Counted from the stretch's first letter, positions 37,652 to 47,193 are shown. The stretch is DNA of 64,000 nucleotides from Nitrospirota bacterium (GCA_021825295.1 JAKAHV010000003.1:22150-86149); one strand, 5' to 3'. Translations and numbers: made by a program. Notes: generated by a model not told the origin, from the letters alone.

Positions 37652-38269
37652 TTAATAGCCGGCTGCCGTCTTTCCCAGGTTTTCCCTCACCTGCCTGGCG
37701 AGAATCCGGCAGGCCTCCGGGTACTGGGTTTCCACCGCCTTCTGTTCGCTCCAGAAATTTGCTATCCCGGTCTTCGCGGCAAGCGGGGTTGATTTGCCGC
37801 CGGCCGTCAGCCTGTAATCTATCTGCATGTACCAGCCCGCGGTGTAAGCGCTCCGGAATTCCGCCCCGGTGATTTTAATTTCGACATACGGGCCGCGCAG
37901 GCCCTTTTTGTCAAACACTATCCTTGCACTGTCCCCGAACTCCTCCGCCAGGGCCTTTGCCACGCAGATATCCGCGTCCCCGCGGTTGACCGGCCCGAAA
38001 AGAGACGCGCCGAACGACCCCCCGACCCTCTGGCTGATCGTGTAGGGATCAACGACAAATACATATTCCGGCGCCTCCGGGTTCGGCAGATTGAGGTCCT
38101 TCAGGCACTGCGCCCTGGTGGCGCAGGCAGTGCCGGTCACGGCATGGTTTAAATTGACGGTCTCGCATCCCGCGACGGCAAGCAGCAAAAAAAGGGCGGC
38201 CAGAACTTTGAAGGTTCCAGCCCCTCCCGCTGCCCGTCCCGATTCAGCCCCCCGGGATTTTCCGCCCAT
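37652..38269 (-). CDS. Hypothetical lipoprotein
   Basis: Hydrophobic stretch ending in lipobox-like LAVAGC; no family recognised. Confidence 0.6.
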   Translation of the reverse strand: MGGKSRGAESGRAAGGAGTFKVLAALFLLLAVAGCETVNLNHAVTGTACATRAQCLKDLNLPNPEAPEYVFVVDPYTISQRVGGSFGASLFGPVNRGDADICVAKALAEEFGDSARIVFDKKGLRGPYVEIKITGAEFRSAYTAGWYMQIDYRLTAGGKSTPLAAKTGIANFWSEQKAVETQYPEACRILARQVRENLGKTAAGY

Positions 38270-38301
38270 ACTGGGTATATATACGTCTTTATGGGGAATC
38301 A

Positions 38302-38338
38302 GTCAAGGCAAATTGCAAAATTGTCAAGGCAAATTGCA
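38302..38338. promoter_or_regulatory. 16-bp direct repeat (21-bp period) in a divergent promoter region
   Basis: GTCAAGGCAAATTGCA at 38302-38317 and 38323-38338. Confidence 0.5.
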
Positions 38339-38484
38339 CAACCCGGATAAGCTCCGGCCCCGCCCGATAAGGAAATCATCAGCCGGATGTTTATGTATAC
38401 TATAGAAGAAACCGCGGAGGCATAAGTCCGCCCGTTTAACGGACGATAAAAATTGCGGCATGGAAGACCAATGAGGAGGCGCTG

Positions 38485-38982
38485 ATGGCTGACGAGCATT
38501 CTTTCGATATCGTATGCGAGGTGGACAAGCAGGAAGTGACCAACGCCGTGACCCAGGCCGTGAAAGAGATCGGCCAGAGGTTTGACTTCAAGGGCAGCAA
38601 AAGCTCAATCGAATTCGACAAGGGGAAAGGAACCATCACGCTTGTGTCCGACGATGAGCAGAAGATGAAGAGCGTCGTCGATATCCTCCAGTCAAAAATG
38701 GTGAAGCGCGGCATCGCGCTCAAGGCGCTCAGTTACGGCAAGCTTGAACCGGCGGCCGGCAACACGGTGAGGCAGGTCATCACGCTCCAGCAGGGCATCC
38801 CCCAGGAAAAGGCAAAGGAGATTGTCAAGCTCGTCAAAGACATGAAGCTTAAAGTAAGCCCGGAAATTCAGAAGGACCAGGTGCGCATCAGGGGGAAAAA
38901 GATAGACGATCTGCAGGCCATAATGACGCATCTGAAGGAAAAGGATTTCGGCATACACCTGCAGTTTTCAAATTACCGCTGA
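38485..38982 (+). CDS. yajQ: YajQ family nucleotide/c-di-GMP-binding protein
   Basis: SFDIV..VD.QEV.NA, RFDFKGS, GKKIDDLQ, QFSNYR; SD GAGGAGG. Confidence 0.95.
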   Translation: MADEHSFDIVCEVDKQEVTNAVTQAVKEIGQRFDFKGSKSSIEFDKGKGTITLVSDDEQKMKSVVDILQSKMVKRGIALKALSYGKLEPAAGNTVRQVITLQQGIPQEKAKEIVKLVKDMKLKVSPEIQKDQVRIRGKKIDDLQAIMTHLKEKDFGIHLQFSNYR

Positions 38983-39010
38983 GTGCGGATTAGGGCGGCA
39001 TCTGAAAATT

Positions 39011-39257
39011 ATTATCAGTCTCATAATAATTTGTACACTCCTCGCCCACTGATATCCGCCCGGCCCTTTCGTTCGGTCGCGCGGTTCCGGGCGTTACCAT
39101 GGCTATGTTGCCTCATCCCTAGGGCGAATGGCGAAAGGTCGTCAAGTTGCGACACGCTGTGATCCGTCCGCTTGCTCTCTCACTCAAGGACCGGGCGGAT
39201 ATCTGCCTTGCCATAAAGGGCGCAGGCATGATGTTATCCTATTAGGAGACTGTTAAT
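39011..39257. repeat. Structured intergenic repeat family, copy 2
   Basis: Outer IR ATTATCAGTCTCATAATA / TATTAGGAGACTGTTAAT (16/18 match). Inner arms 39051-39068 and 39186-39203 enclose the shared core. Confidence 0.82.
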
Positions 39258-40047
39258 ATTTCATCTCCAGCCAGGCGCGCCCGCTTCTCCAGCGCAGGGC
39301 TACGGGGACCCCGAAAAAAGAGGAGAGGTTCCCGGCCGTCAGGATTTTCCGGGTCTCGCCGGCGGAGTGTATCTGCCCGCCCTTTAAAAGAAGCACATGC
39401 GTGAAGACCGGCAGTATCTCCTCCAGGTGGTGGGTCACATAGATGAGGGTGAGGGGGGATTTCGCCGATGAGTTCGATTCGGCGAACCCGTGAACGCCGG
39501 CCAGGAATTCCTCTCTTGAAAAGAAATCCAGGCCGGTCGAGGGCTCATCCATTATCAGGAGCCTGGGGCGGCTCACGAGGGCCCGCGCTATAAGCACCTT
39601 CTGCTTTTCACCCTGCGACAGCGAGGAGTAATTATGCCCCGCCAGGGGACCGCACTTCAGTCTCTCCAGGATGGAGCGGGCCATGGCAATGTCCTTGCGG
39701 CGCGGAGAATCGTAAAGCCCGATGGTGCTGAATATGCCGCTTAGCACTATCTCCAGCGCGGTCTCTCCGCCGTAAAACCTTTCCTGCAGCGAGGAGCTTA
39801 TGAATCCGACTCTTTTCCTGAGCGCCCTCCAGTCGTATGCGCCGTAACGCCTGCCCAGCACCCGCATCACGCCCGATGAAAGCGGCACGTAGCCGTTCAG
39901 GAGGTTTAGCAGGCTGGTCTTGCCGGAGCCGTTCAGGCCCAGCACGGCCCAGTGCTCGCCGGCCCTCACAACCCAGTCTATCCCGCGCAAAAGCTCCGTG
40001 TCCCCCGTAATCGAGGAGGCCGCCTTAAGCTCTATGATCATCCGCAT
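39253..40047 (-). CDS. ABC ATP-binding protein (ModF/YlmA-like, stand-alone)
   Basis: GEHWAVLGLNGSGKT, LSQGEKQ, LIMDEP, YVTHH. Confidence 0.9.
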   Translation of the reverse strand: MRMIIELKAASSITGDTELLRGIDWVVRAGEHWAVLGLNGSGKTSLLNLLNGYVPLSSGVMRVLGRRYGAYDWRALRKRVGFISSSLQERFYGGETALEIVLSGIFSTIGLYDSPRRKDIAMARSILERLKCGPLAGHNYSSLSQGEKQKVLIARALVSRPRLLIMDEPSTGLDFFSREEFLAGVHGFAESNSSAKSPLTLIYVTHHLEEILPVFTHVLLLKGGQIHSAGETRKILTAGNLSSFFGVPVALRWRSGRAWLEMKY

Positions 40048-40063
40048 ATTAAAATAAAATTGC

Positions 40064-41065
40064 CTACAGGGCCTTCCCTATGGCCTCCAAAACCTCGCCG
40101 GCTTCGATCTGCATGCACCGCATGGCCTTGCAGGTCCTTTTTCTGCATGGCGAACAATCCGCGCGCCCTCTTATCACTACCCTCCTGCCTTTTCCGTAGG
40201 GCCCGGTAAGCTCCGGGTCGGTCGGGCCGAAGATGGCAAAGACCGGCACCCCGAGGGCGGCGGCCATATGCATCGGGCCGGAGTCGTTCGTGACCATGAA
40301 CGCGGCATGGCGTATTATCTCCACAAGTATTTTCAGCGAGCTTTTGCCGGCGAACTGGACCGCCCTCCCCCCGGAACACTCCACCACCTGCCGGGCAAGC
40401 CCGATTTCATCCGTCCCCCCGATTATCAGCGATTCGATGGGCAGCCGCCGGGCCAGCTCGCCGAACCTCTCAGCCGGCCATCTCTTTGACGGCCACCTGG
40501 CCCCTGGCGCAATCACCGCATATTCCTTCATGGGCGGCACAAAATCCTCGATCACCGGAAGCGGGAACTCCTCCACGGCCTTGAAGCCCGCGAATTCGGC
40601 CATCCTCAAGTATCTCCGGACGGCGTGCATCTTCCCGGGGACGCTCACCTTGTGGTCATAGAAAAGGCCCGCCCCCTCCCTTGCCCCCTTGAAGCCGATG
40701 GCCGTCCGGGCCCCCGCGGCCCGCGCAATGACCGCGCTCCGCAAAAGGCCCTGCAGATCGAAGACGGCATCGAACTTCTCCGCCCTGAGCCCCTTTGAGA
40801 GGGCCGAAAGCTCCCTGCCCGTTTCAAATATCCTGCCCGGTTTTTTCCATTCGTCCTTTTTTATCTTCCAGAGCCGCTCTATAAGCAGATGGTTTTCCAG
40901 CAGCGGCGCAAGCTGCTCCGCTATCACCCAGTGGACCCGCAAACCCGGCATCTGCCGCTTCAGCGAATAGAGGAAGGGCAGGGAATGGATGACGTCCCCG
41001 AGGGAGCTTGGTTTTACAACGAGGACCTTTCCCCTTATGATTTCCGGTAGAGACTGCTCGTCCAT
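40064..41065 (-). CDS. waaC: LPS heptosyltransferase (GT9, WaaC-like)
   Basis: VKPSSLGDVIH, DLQGLLRS, SKRWP, NDSGPMHMAAA, FGPT. Confidence 0.85.
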   Translation of the reverse strand: MDEQSLPEIIRGKVLVVKPSSLGDVIHSLPFLYSLKRQMPGLRVHWVIAEQLAPLLENHLLIERLWKIKKDEWKKPGRIFETGRELSALSKGLRAEKFDAVFDLQGLLRSAVIARAAGARTAIGFKGAREGAGLFYDHKVSVPGKMHAVRRYLRMAEFAGFKAVEEFPLPVIEDFVPPMKEYAVIAPGARWPSKRWPAERFGELARRLPIESLIIGGTDEIGLARQVVECSGGRAVQFAGKSSLKILVEIIRHAAFMVTNDSGPMHMAAALGVPVFAIFGPTDPELTGPYGKGRRVVIRGRADCSPCRKRTCKAMRCMQIEAGEVLEAIGKAL

Positions 41066-41691
41066 ATGACGTTGAAGATATAGGACTCCTGTGTCAGGAA
41101 GTCCTCCAGCGTGCCCCCGGGGTTTTTGTTCTTTTTATAGCGCGCAAACTGGCTGCCTATTGAGTCTGTAACGGACTGCCTCATCGAGGGGCTGAAGGGA
41201 TACATGCAGGCGCCCATGACATCCTGGCCGGCCAGCCGCATGATCCTGGTGGCGAAAAGGCTGCCGGCCTGCAGGCCCTGGAAAGGGACGGTTTTCAGCG
41301 CGCGGGTCCCGCCAATGAGCGCGTCCTCAAGCTCCGCCCCGCCGCCGGCGGCCGATTTCACTTCATACAGGCTTATGTAAGAGCGTTTAAGCGCAGCAAA
41401 CGCGGCCGCTTTCCCCTCGTCCCCCTCCTGTCCCGTCTCCTCAAGGTAGAGGTCCGTGACATAATTCGTTTCAGAGACGTTGTAATTGCATATGAACCAG
41501 TCCTCGAAGTTCATGAACCCAAGCTCCAGGGGCAGGCCGCTCAGGAAATCCTCCGGGTACTCCTCCTCCCAGAAAAACTCGTACGCCGCGTCTATAAGCT
41601 CCGGGTGCTTCTGTCTCATGTAAACAATCACTTCGTTGTACAGCGCCGCCCTTAATCCGTTTGCGTCCTGAGCGTTATTTTTTTCGTTCAC
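41035..41691 (-). CDS. Hypothetical protein
   Basis: 218-aa acidic ORF packed between waaF-gmhB and waaC in the same orientation. Confidence 0.75.
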   Translation of the reverse strand: MNEKNNAQDANGLRAALYNEVIVYMRQKHPELIDAAYEFFWEEEYPEDFLSGLPLELGFMNFEDWFICNYNVSETNYVTDLYLEETGQEGDEGKAAAFAALKRSYISLYEVKSAAGGGAELEDALIGGTRALKTVPFQGLQAGSLFATRIMRLAGQDVMGACMYPFSPSMRQSVTDSIGSQFARYKKNKNPGGTLEDFLTQESYIFNVIWTSSLYRKS

Positions 41692-43245
41692 CTATGCGTT
41701 CTCCGATTCGATTATGTAATTGATGGCCTCCTCCAGAGACCTTGCCGTAAAATCGGCCTTTTCGATTCCGTCCTTCGCCCGCCCCTCCGCCCCGATAATT
41801 ATCGCCTTTGCCCCGGCCGCGCGGGCGGCCAGGATGTCGGAGTCCCTGTCCCCTATCATATACGAATTCTTCAGGTCTATGCCCAAATCCCGCCTCGCGT
41901 TGAGGAGCATGCCGGGGGAAGGTTTCCTGCACGAACAGAACTCCCCGGGATAATGCGGACAGTAGTAGAACGCGTCAAACCCATACTCCCTGCCGAAATA
42001 CCCGTTCACCTCTTTTACAAAATCCTCCTTTATGATCCCCCTGTTTATGCCGGACTGGTTGGTGACGCCTATGAGTTTGAAACCCGCGCGCCTCAGGCGG
42101 GAGAGCCCTGAAAGCCCTTCCCTGAAAGGTTCAAAATCCTCCCAGCGGGACAGGTAATTGGAATCCCGGCAGAGGGTGCCGTCCCGGTCGAAGAAAACGG
42201 CCCTCTTGCCTGGCAGGACGGACTTCAACCCGGCGAAAACCTCGGAGACCGTGATGGCGTCCATGCAGCCGGCCAGGGAGGCGGATGCGCCATCTTTGGG
42301 ACACTCCCGCTTGAAACACGGGGAGCAGGGCAGGTCCTTTTTTATCACGACGGCGCTGCCCTCCGGCGGGCCGGTAAAGGCAGGCTCGGTCGAGCCGAAA
42401 AGGGCGACAAGAGGAGTGCCCACCGCGTAACCCACGTGCATCGCGCCGGAGTCGTTTGAGACAAGGGCGTCACACTCCGAGATAAAGGCGGCAAGCATCC
42501 GCAGCGTCGTCCTGCCGGCCAGGGAGACCGCGCCAGGCAGCCCGCTTGTGATCTCGTGGGCGGCCTCGGCCTCTTTTTCGGAGCCGAAGACCAGAACGCC
42601 ACCTCCAAGCTCCCCGGTAATCGCCTCGGCCAGCTCCCTGAACCTGGCCGGGGGCCATCTCTTTGCGGGGCCGAATGCCGCCCCCGGGTTAAGCCCCACG
42701 AGGGGTCTGCCAAGGCCAAACCCCGCAATCGCCTCGCGGGCCCTCAGCCGCTCTTCAAGCGCGAGATAAATCCAGGGGTCCTGCCGCCCGCTGTCCTTGA
42801 TTATCCCCGCTTTTTCGAGGAGGTTCATATAATATTGCGAGTGGTGCATCTGCCGGTCCTCCCCGTGCCATGGGATGGACCTTGTCAGGAGCCATCCCCT
42901 GGCATCCCTTCCGTATCCGATCCTCTCCGGTATGCCGGCGAGAAAGCAGATGAGCGCGGCGTCAAAGGCATTTTGAAGAAGGACCGCCTCTTTAAAATCC
43001 TTTTGCCTCAGAGCCAGGGCGAGTCTGAGTTTTCCGTTTATGCCGCCGAACTCCGCCCCGTAAAGCATCAGCCCGTCTATGTTGGGGTCCTTCTCGAAAA
43101 GCCCCGAGACCCAGGGTTTTACAAGCAGCGTGACCGCAGCCTCCGGCATCGCCCGCCTTATCGCCCTTATGGCTGGCATTGTCATGACGGCATCGCCGAC
43201 CCAGTTTACACCGCGCACCAGAACCGAAAACTCCCCGGACCCCAT
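41692..43245 (-). CDS. waaF: Fused heptosyltransferase II (WaaF) and heptose-1,7-bisphosphate phosphatase (GmhB)
   Basis: RGVNWVGDAVM, NPGAAFGPAKRWP, NDSGAMH; C-terminal HAD motif FFDRDGTL, TNQSG, YCPH..CSCRKP, MIGD. Confidence 0.92.
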   Translation of the reverse strand: MGSGEFSVLVRGVNWVGDAVMTMPAIRAIRRAMPEAAVTLLVKPWVSGLFEKDPNIDGLMLYGAEFGGINGKLRLALALRQKDFKEAVLLQNAFDAALICFLAGIPERIGYGRDARGWLLTRSIPWHGEDRQMHHSQYYMNLLEKAGIIKDSGRQDPWIYLALEERLRAREAIAGFGLGRPLVGLNPGAAFGPAKRWPPARFRELAEAITGELGGGVLVFGSEKEAEAAHEITSGLPGAVSLAGRTTLRMLAAFISECDALVSNDSGAMHVGYAVGTPLVALFGSTEPAFTGPPEGSAVVIKKDLPCSPCFKRECPKDGASASLAGCMDAITVSEVFAGLKSVLPGKRAVFFDRDGTLCRDSNYLSRWEDFEPFREGLSGLSRLRRAGFKLIGVTNQSGINRGIIKEDFVKEVNGYFGREYGFDAFYYCPHYPGEFCSCRKPSPGMLLNARRDLGIDLKNSYMIGDRDSDILAARAAGAKAIIIGAEGRAKDGIEKADFTARSLEEAINYIIESENA

Positions 43246-43368
43246 CTGATTAGTTTAACTCATATGCGCCGGCAAGGGACAAGGCGGGGGATAGTTTCTT
43301 GCATGGCCAAACTGAGGCACTACCTGCAGGGGCGCGGCGGCGGAGCCCCATGTATTAATTGGCTAAAA

Positions 43369-43704
43369 TCAATCGGCCGCCACCACTACGGCCATTACGA
43401 CCAGCCTCTGCCCCTTTGATGCCTTGAAACCGTGCTCCACCATGGGGTCGCAGAGGATGGCCGTCTGAGGGCCCGCCTCTATCTGCTCCCCGCCGACGGT
43501 GAATGCGCCGCTACCTTCCACCGCATACATCAGCAGCCTCATTGGCGCCTTGTGCGGGGCCAGTTCCTGCCCTGGCTCCAGGCACATCAGAGCAACCCTC
43601 ATCTCCGGGGTCTCGGCGAGCATCTCCCTGGATACCTTGTCCGGATAGAATTTCATGAGCTTCTTCAGATCAAGCACCTGAAAGGCCGATTTTTCCTGTT
43701 TCAT
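43369..43704 (-). CDS. Cupin-domain protein
   Basis: From ATG 43704: LEPGQELAPH..., VEHG cupin motifs. Confidence 0.8.
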   Translation of the reverse strand: MKQEKSAFQVLDLKKLMKFYPDKVSREMLAETPEMRVALMCLEPGQELAPHKAPMRLLMYAVEGSGAFTVGGEQIEAGPQTAILCDPMVEHGFKASKGQRLVVMAVVVAAD

Positions 43705-43858
43705 GATTTTAATTTTCCTCCTTTGGTGTCTCCATGGGCCCGGTGCCTTCACGGGCCTGTCTGTTCCCCCAAATTCTATCACCACCGCCGCCCCGCATCC
43801 AAAAAAACTCCCTTGACAAGCCGCCGCAATTGGGGCAGTCTTTTGGGGAGGCAAAAAA

Positions 43859-45085
43859 ATGGAAGACAAAAAACCGGAAAAGAGGAAAGCGGCAAAGGGC
43901 TCCGCCTACAGGCTCATCGTCCTCATGGGGATGGTGAGCCTTTTTGGCGACGTAACCTACGAGGGGGCAAGGAGCATCACGGGCCCGTATCTTGCCGTGC
44001 TTGGCGGCGGGGCTGCCATCGTCGGCCTCGTATCGGGCCTGGGAGATTTCCTTGGTTACGCCCTGCGCCTGGCCTCGGGATATATTGCCGACCGCACGAA
44101 GGCATACTGGCCGCTCACCTTCACCGGATACGCCCTGATATTCGCCATTCCCGCAATGGCGTTTGCCGGAAACTGGAAAATCGCCGCCCTGCTCATAGTG
44201 CTGGAACGGCTCGGAAAAGCGATAAGGACCCCCGCCAGGGACACGATACTCTCGCACGCTGCAAAGGAGGTGGGGCGGGGATGGGGGTTCGGACTCCATG
44301 AGCTTTTCGACCAGATCGGGGCGGTGCTCGGCCCCCTCATCTTCACTACCGTCTTCATCTTCCGTGGCAACTACCGCCAGGGTTTTGGCATCCTCTGGAT
44401 ACCGGCGGCCCTTGCAATGCTGTTTCTGGCCAGGGCCGCGATAAAGATGCCGTCTCCCGAGAAACTTGAAATCCAAAAAGCCGGCACGGGCGAGCGTGCG
44501 GACATCCTGAAAGAGGAGGAGTTGAAAAAACTGCCCCGCCTGTTCTGGTTTTATGCAATTTTCACGTTCTTCAGTGTGGCGGGGATAATGCATTTTCAGC
44601 TTATCGCGTTTCATTTGAAAGTGCAGCGTCTGGCCCCGGATGTGCTCATACCGGTGCTGTATATAATCGAGATGGCCGTGGACGGCGGCGCTGCGCTTGT
44701 GATGGGAAAGGCGTACGACACCGGGGGCATGAGGTTTCTCGTAATAGCGCCGCTGCTGTCGCTGCCCGTGGCATGGCTGTCGCTTTCCGGCGGTTTCGGA
44801 CTTGCGGTGGCAGGCATTGCATTCCTGGGCGTGGTCATAGGCATTCATGAGACCATCATGCGGGCCGCAATCGCGGACCTGACGGTCACCGCCAAAAGGG
44901 GTGTCGCTTACGGCATTTTCAACACCGTTTACGGGCTGGCTTATCTCGTGGGCGGGGTGACAATGGGCCTGCTCTACGAGAAGGTCTCCATTGCCGGCGT
45001 GGTCGCATTCTCAGCCGTCATGGAGGCGCTGGCCATATCGGTATTCGTTCTGACCGGCTTCTCGCGCCTGAAGGCCGCGAGGTAA
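43859..45085 (+). CDS. MFS transporter
   Basis: About 12 TM segments; SLFGDVTYEGARS, ERLGKAIRTPARD, DQIGAVLGP. Confidence 0.92.
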   Translation: MEDKKPEKRKAAKGSAYRLIVLMGMVSLFGDVTYEGARSITGPYLAVLGGGAAIVGLVSGLGDFLGYALRLASGYIADRTKAYWPLTFTGYALIFAIPAMAFAGNWKIAALLIVLERLGKAIRTPARDTILSHAAKEVGRGWGFGLHELFDQIGAVLGPLIFTTVFIFRGNYRQGFGILWIPAALAMLFLARAAIKMPSPEKLEIQKAGTGERADILKEEELKKLPRLFWFYAIFTFFSVAGIMHFQLIAFHLKVQRLAPDVLIPVLYIIEMAVDGGAALVMGKAYDTGGMRFLVIAPLLSLPVAWLSLSGGFGLAVAGIAFLGVVIGIHETIMRAAIADLTVTAKRGVAYGIFNTVYGLAYLVGGVTMGLLYEKVSIAGVVAFSAVMEALAISVFVLTGFSRLKAAR

Positions 45086-45105
45086 GAAGCCGGTCTTCTC
45101 AAGGC

Positions 45106-45140
45106 AAAAAAGGCCGGATGGCTTTTCCCCATCCGGCCTT
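45106..45140. terminator. Terminator hairpin between convergent genes
   Basis: AAAAAAGGCCGGATGG...CCATCCGGCCTT. Confidence 0.7.
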
Positions 45141-45167
45141 CTCATTTCAAGTGATTCCGGGAAACGG

Positions 45168-45464
45168 CTAGCAGCCCTCTATCATCCTCCTGGGCGGCGC
45201 TGCCGCTGCGGGCTTTACACTCGTGACCATGCCGTTTGAGACCACTATCTCGGCCTTGCCCGTCTTTATGCTCCTGATATTCAGGCCATGACCGACCTTC
45301 AGGTTCTGCTCCTTCGTGGTGCCGGCGGGGCAAAACGAGATCGTGCCGGCGCTGATGTTTACGGATTTTATCGTGCCGGACATGGATTTGGCCGCGGCGG
45401 CCGCCACGGCTACCAGAGACAACGTGAGGGCGATAAATACAAGAACAGTCAACGTCTTTTTCAT
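45168..45464 (-). CDS. Small secreted protein with C-terminal IEGC motif
   Basis: SD GGAGG, Sec signal peptide MKKTLTVLV...AAAAA, small beta-rich domain, tail PPRRMIEGC*. Confidence 0.8.
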   Translation of the reverse strand: MKKTLTVLVFIALTLSLVAVAAAAAKSMSGTIKSVNISAGTISFCPAGTTKEQNLKVGHGLNIRSIKTGKAEIVVSNGMVTSVKPAAAAPPRRMIEGC

Positions 45465-45609
45465 CCCATCCTCCTTTTTGGTTTTTAATGAATGCATGAA
45501 TTTCTGGACACTAATTTATCATATTTCCATAATTTTTTAAACCCCCGGTTTCCGTTTTTTGTTTTTCAAGGGGTTTCACATTGCTAGAGAAAAAGCCTTT
45601 GAAAAAAGC

Positions 45610-45642
45610 AAAAAACGGGGCCGGATCCGGCCCCGTTTTTTT
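45610..45642 (-). terminator. Intrinsic terminator downstream of glnA
   Basis: AAAAAACGGGGCCGGATCCGGCCCCGTTTTTT palindrome. Confidence 0.8.
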
Positions 45643-45665
45643 GTCCATTTCCCGCCAGGGACGGC

Positions 45666-47078
45666 TTATATGTCGTAGTAAAGGAAGAACTCGTAGGGAT
45701 GGGGCCTCAGCCTCAGGGCATCCACCTCGCTTTTCCTCTTGTAGTCCATCCAGGTCTCGAGCGCGTCCTCCGTAAAGACGCCGCCCTTGAGGAGGAATTT
45801 ATGGTCCTTCTCCAGGTTGTCAAGCGCCTGCTCAAGAGAGCCCGGCATCTGCGGCACTTTGGCAAGCTCCGCGGCCGACATCTCGAAGATGTCCTTGTCC
45901 AGCGGGGCGCCCGGTTTTATCTTGTTCTCTATGCCGTCAAGCCCGGCCATCAGCATGGCGGAAAAGGCAAGGTACGGGTTGCAGGAGGGGTCCGGGAACC
46001 TTACCTCCGCCCTTTTCGCCTTGGGGTTTTCGGAGTACATGGGTATCCTTACCGCGGCCGAACGGTTCCTGGCGGAATAGGCAAGGTTGACCGGGGCCTC
46101 GTACCCGGGCACGAGCCTCTTGTAGGAGTTCGTGGTCGGGTTGGTGAGGGCCGCCAGAGCCTGGGCGTGTTTCAGTATGCCGCCTATGTAATAAAGCGCC
46201 ATCTCGCTTAAGCCGGCGTATTCCTTGCCCGCAAACAGGGGCTTGCCGCCCTTCCAGAGGCTCTGGTGGACGTGCATGCCGGAGCCGTTGTCGCCGAACA
46301 CAGGCTTGGGCATGAAGGTGACCGTCTTTCCGTTTTTGACCGCCACGTTCTTTATGATGTATTTGAAGAGCAGCAGGTTGTCGGCCATTTTTAAAAGCGG
46401 CGAGAAGCGCATATCGATCTCGGCCTGGCCGGCGGTTGCGACTTCGTGGTGCTCCGCCTCCACATCTATGCCGCACTGCTGCATCACGGCGACCATTTCG
46501 CACCTGAGGTCCTCGATGCTGTCTGTCGGCGGGACCGGGAAGTACCCTTCCTTATACCTGGGCTTATATCCGAGATTGGGGTTTTCCTCCTTGCCGGAAT
46601 TCCAGATGCCTTCCTTTGAATCGAGGAAGTAATAGCCGCTGTGCGAAGTCTGATCGTACCTGATGTCGTCGAAGATGAAGAACTCCGCCTCCGGGCCGAA
46701 GAAGGCTGTGTCGGCGATGCCGGTGGACTTAAGATAATCTTCGGCCTTTTTGGCCACGTACCTGGGGTCCCTGGTATAGGGTTCCTTCGTCACCGGGTCT
46801 ATGATGTTGCAGACCAGGCTGAGCGTCGGATACTTCCTGAACGGGTCCAGTATGGCTGTGGCCGGGTCCGGCACAACCAGCATGTCGGAGGCGTGTATCG
46901 CCTGCCAGCCCCTTATCGAGGAGCCGTCAAAACCCAGGCCGTCCACAAAGGTCTTTTCGTCGATTTGGCTCACGGGCACGGCGAAGTGCTGCCATATGCC
47001 GGGGAAATCGATGAATTTCAGGTCGACCATCATGACCTTGTTCTTTTTCGCAAACTCCAGTACTTCCTTTGGCGTCAT
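45666..47078 (-). CDS. glnA: Glutamine synthetase type I
   Basis: [57 protein letters not shown]. Confidence 0.98.
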   Translation of the reverse strand: MTPKEVLEFAKKNKVMMVDLKFIDFPGIWQHFAVPVSQIDEKTFVDGLGFDGSSIRGWQAIHASDMLVVPDPATAILDPFRKYPTLSLVCNIIDPVTKEPYTRDPRYVAKKAEDYLKSTGIADTAFFGPEAEFFIFDDIRYDQTSHSGYYFLDSKEGIWNSGKEENPNLGYKPRYKEGYFPVPPTDSIEDLRCEMVAVMQQCGIDVEAEHHEVATAGQAEIDMRFSPLLKMADNLLLFKYIIKNVAVKNGKTVTFMPKPVFGDNGSGMHVHQSLWKGGKPLFAGKEYAGLSEMALYYIGGILKHAQALAALTNPTTNSYKRLVPGYEAPVNLAYSARNRSAAVRIPMYSENPKAKRAEVRFPDPSCNPYLAFSAMLMAGLDGIENKIKPGAPLDKDIFEMSAAELAKVPQMPGSLEQALDNLEKDHKFLLKGGVFTEDALETWMDYKRKSEVDALRLRPHPYEFFLYYDI

Positions 47079-47141
47079 ATCTTCCTCCAGATTGGTTTTG
47101 GATGCCAGGCCAAAAAATGCCCGTTTTACCTGTGATTGTAA

Positions 47142-47193
47142 TCGGCAATAGATTGCCGAAGGTAGTATAGAAAAAGGCTTCTCACGGTGTCAA
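47142..47193 (-). promoter_or_regulatory. glnA sigma70 promoter with adjacent palindrome
   Basis: Minus strand TTGACA(47193-47188)-N18-TATACT(47169-47164), then TCGGCAAT-N2-ATTGCCGA at 47142-47159. Confidence 0.6.

Noticed and set aside
39060-39145. HDV-like ribozyme reading of the repeat core (GGGCG, variable hairpin, GGCGAAT, then a segment pairing with upstream CCTTTCGTT)
   Set aside because: The J4/2-like GGCGAAU and a possible P2 are suggestive, but I find no P3/L3 (YCCNCGY) or consistent P1, and the P2 pairing fails in copy 1. Not supported without a descriptor search or cleavage assay.
47142-47159. sigma54 promoter for glnA
   Set aside because: GG to GC spacing is 9 nt rather than the required 10, and a sigma70 promoter is adjacent.
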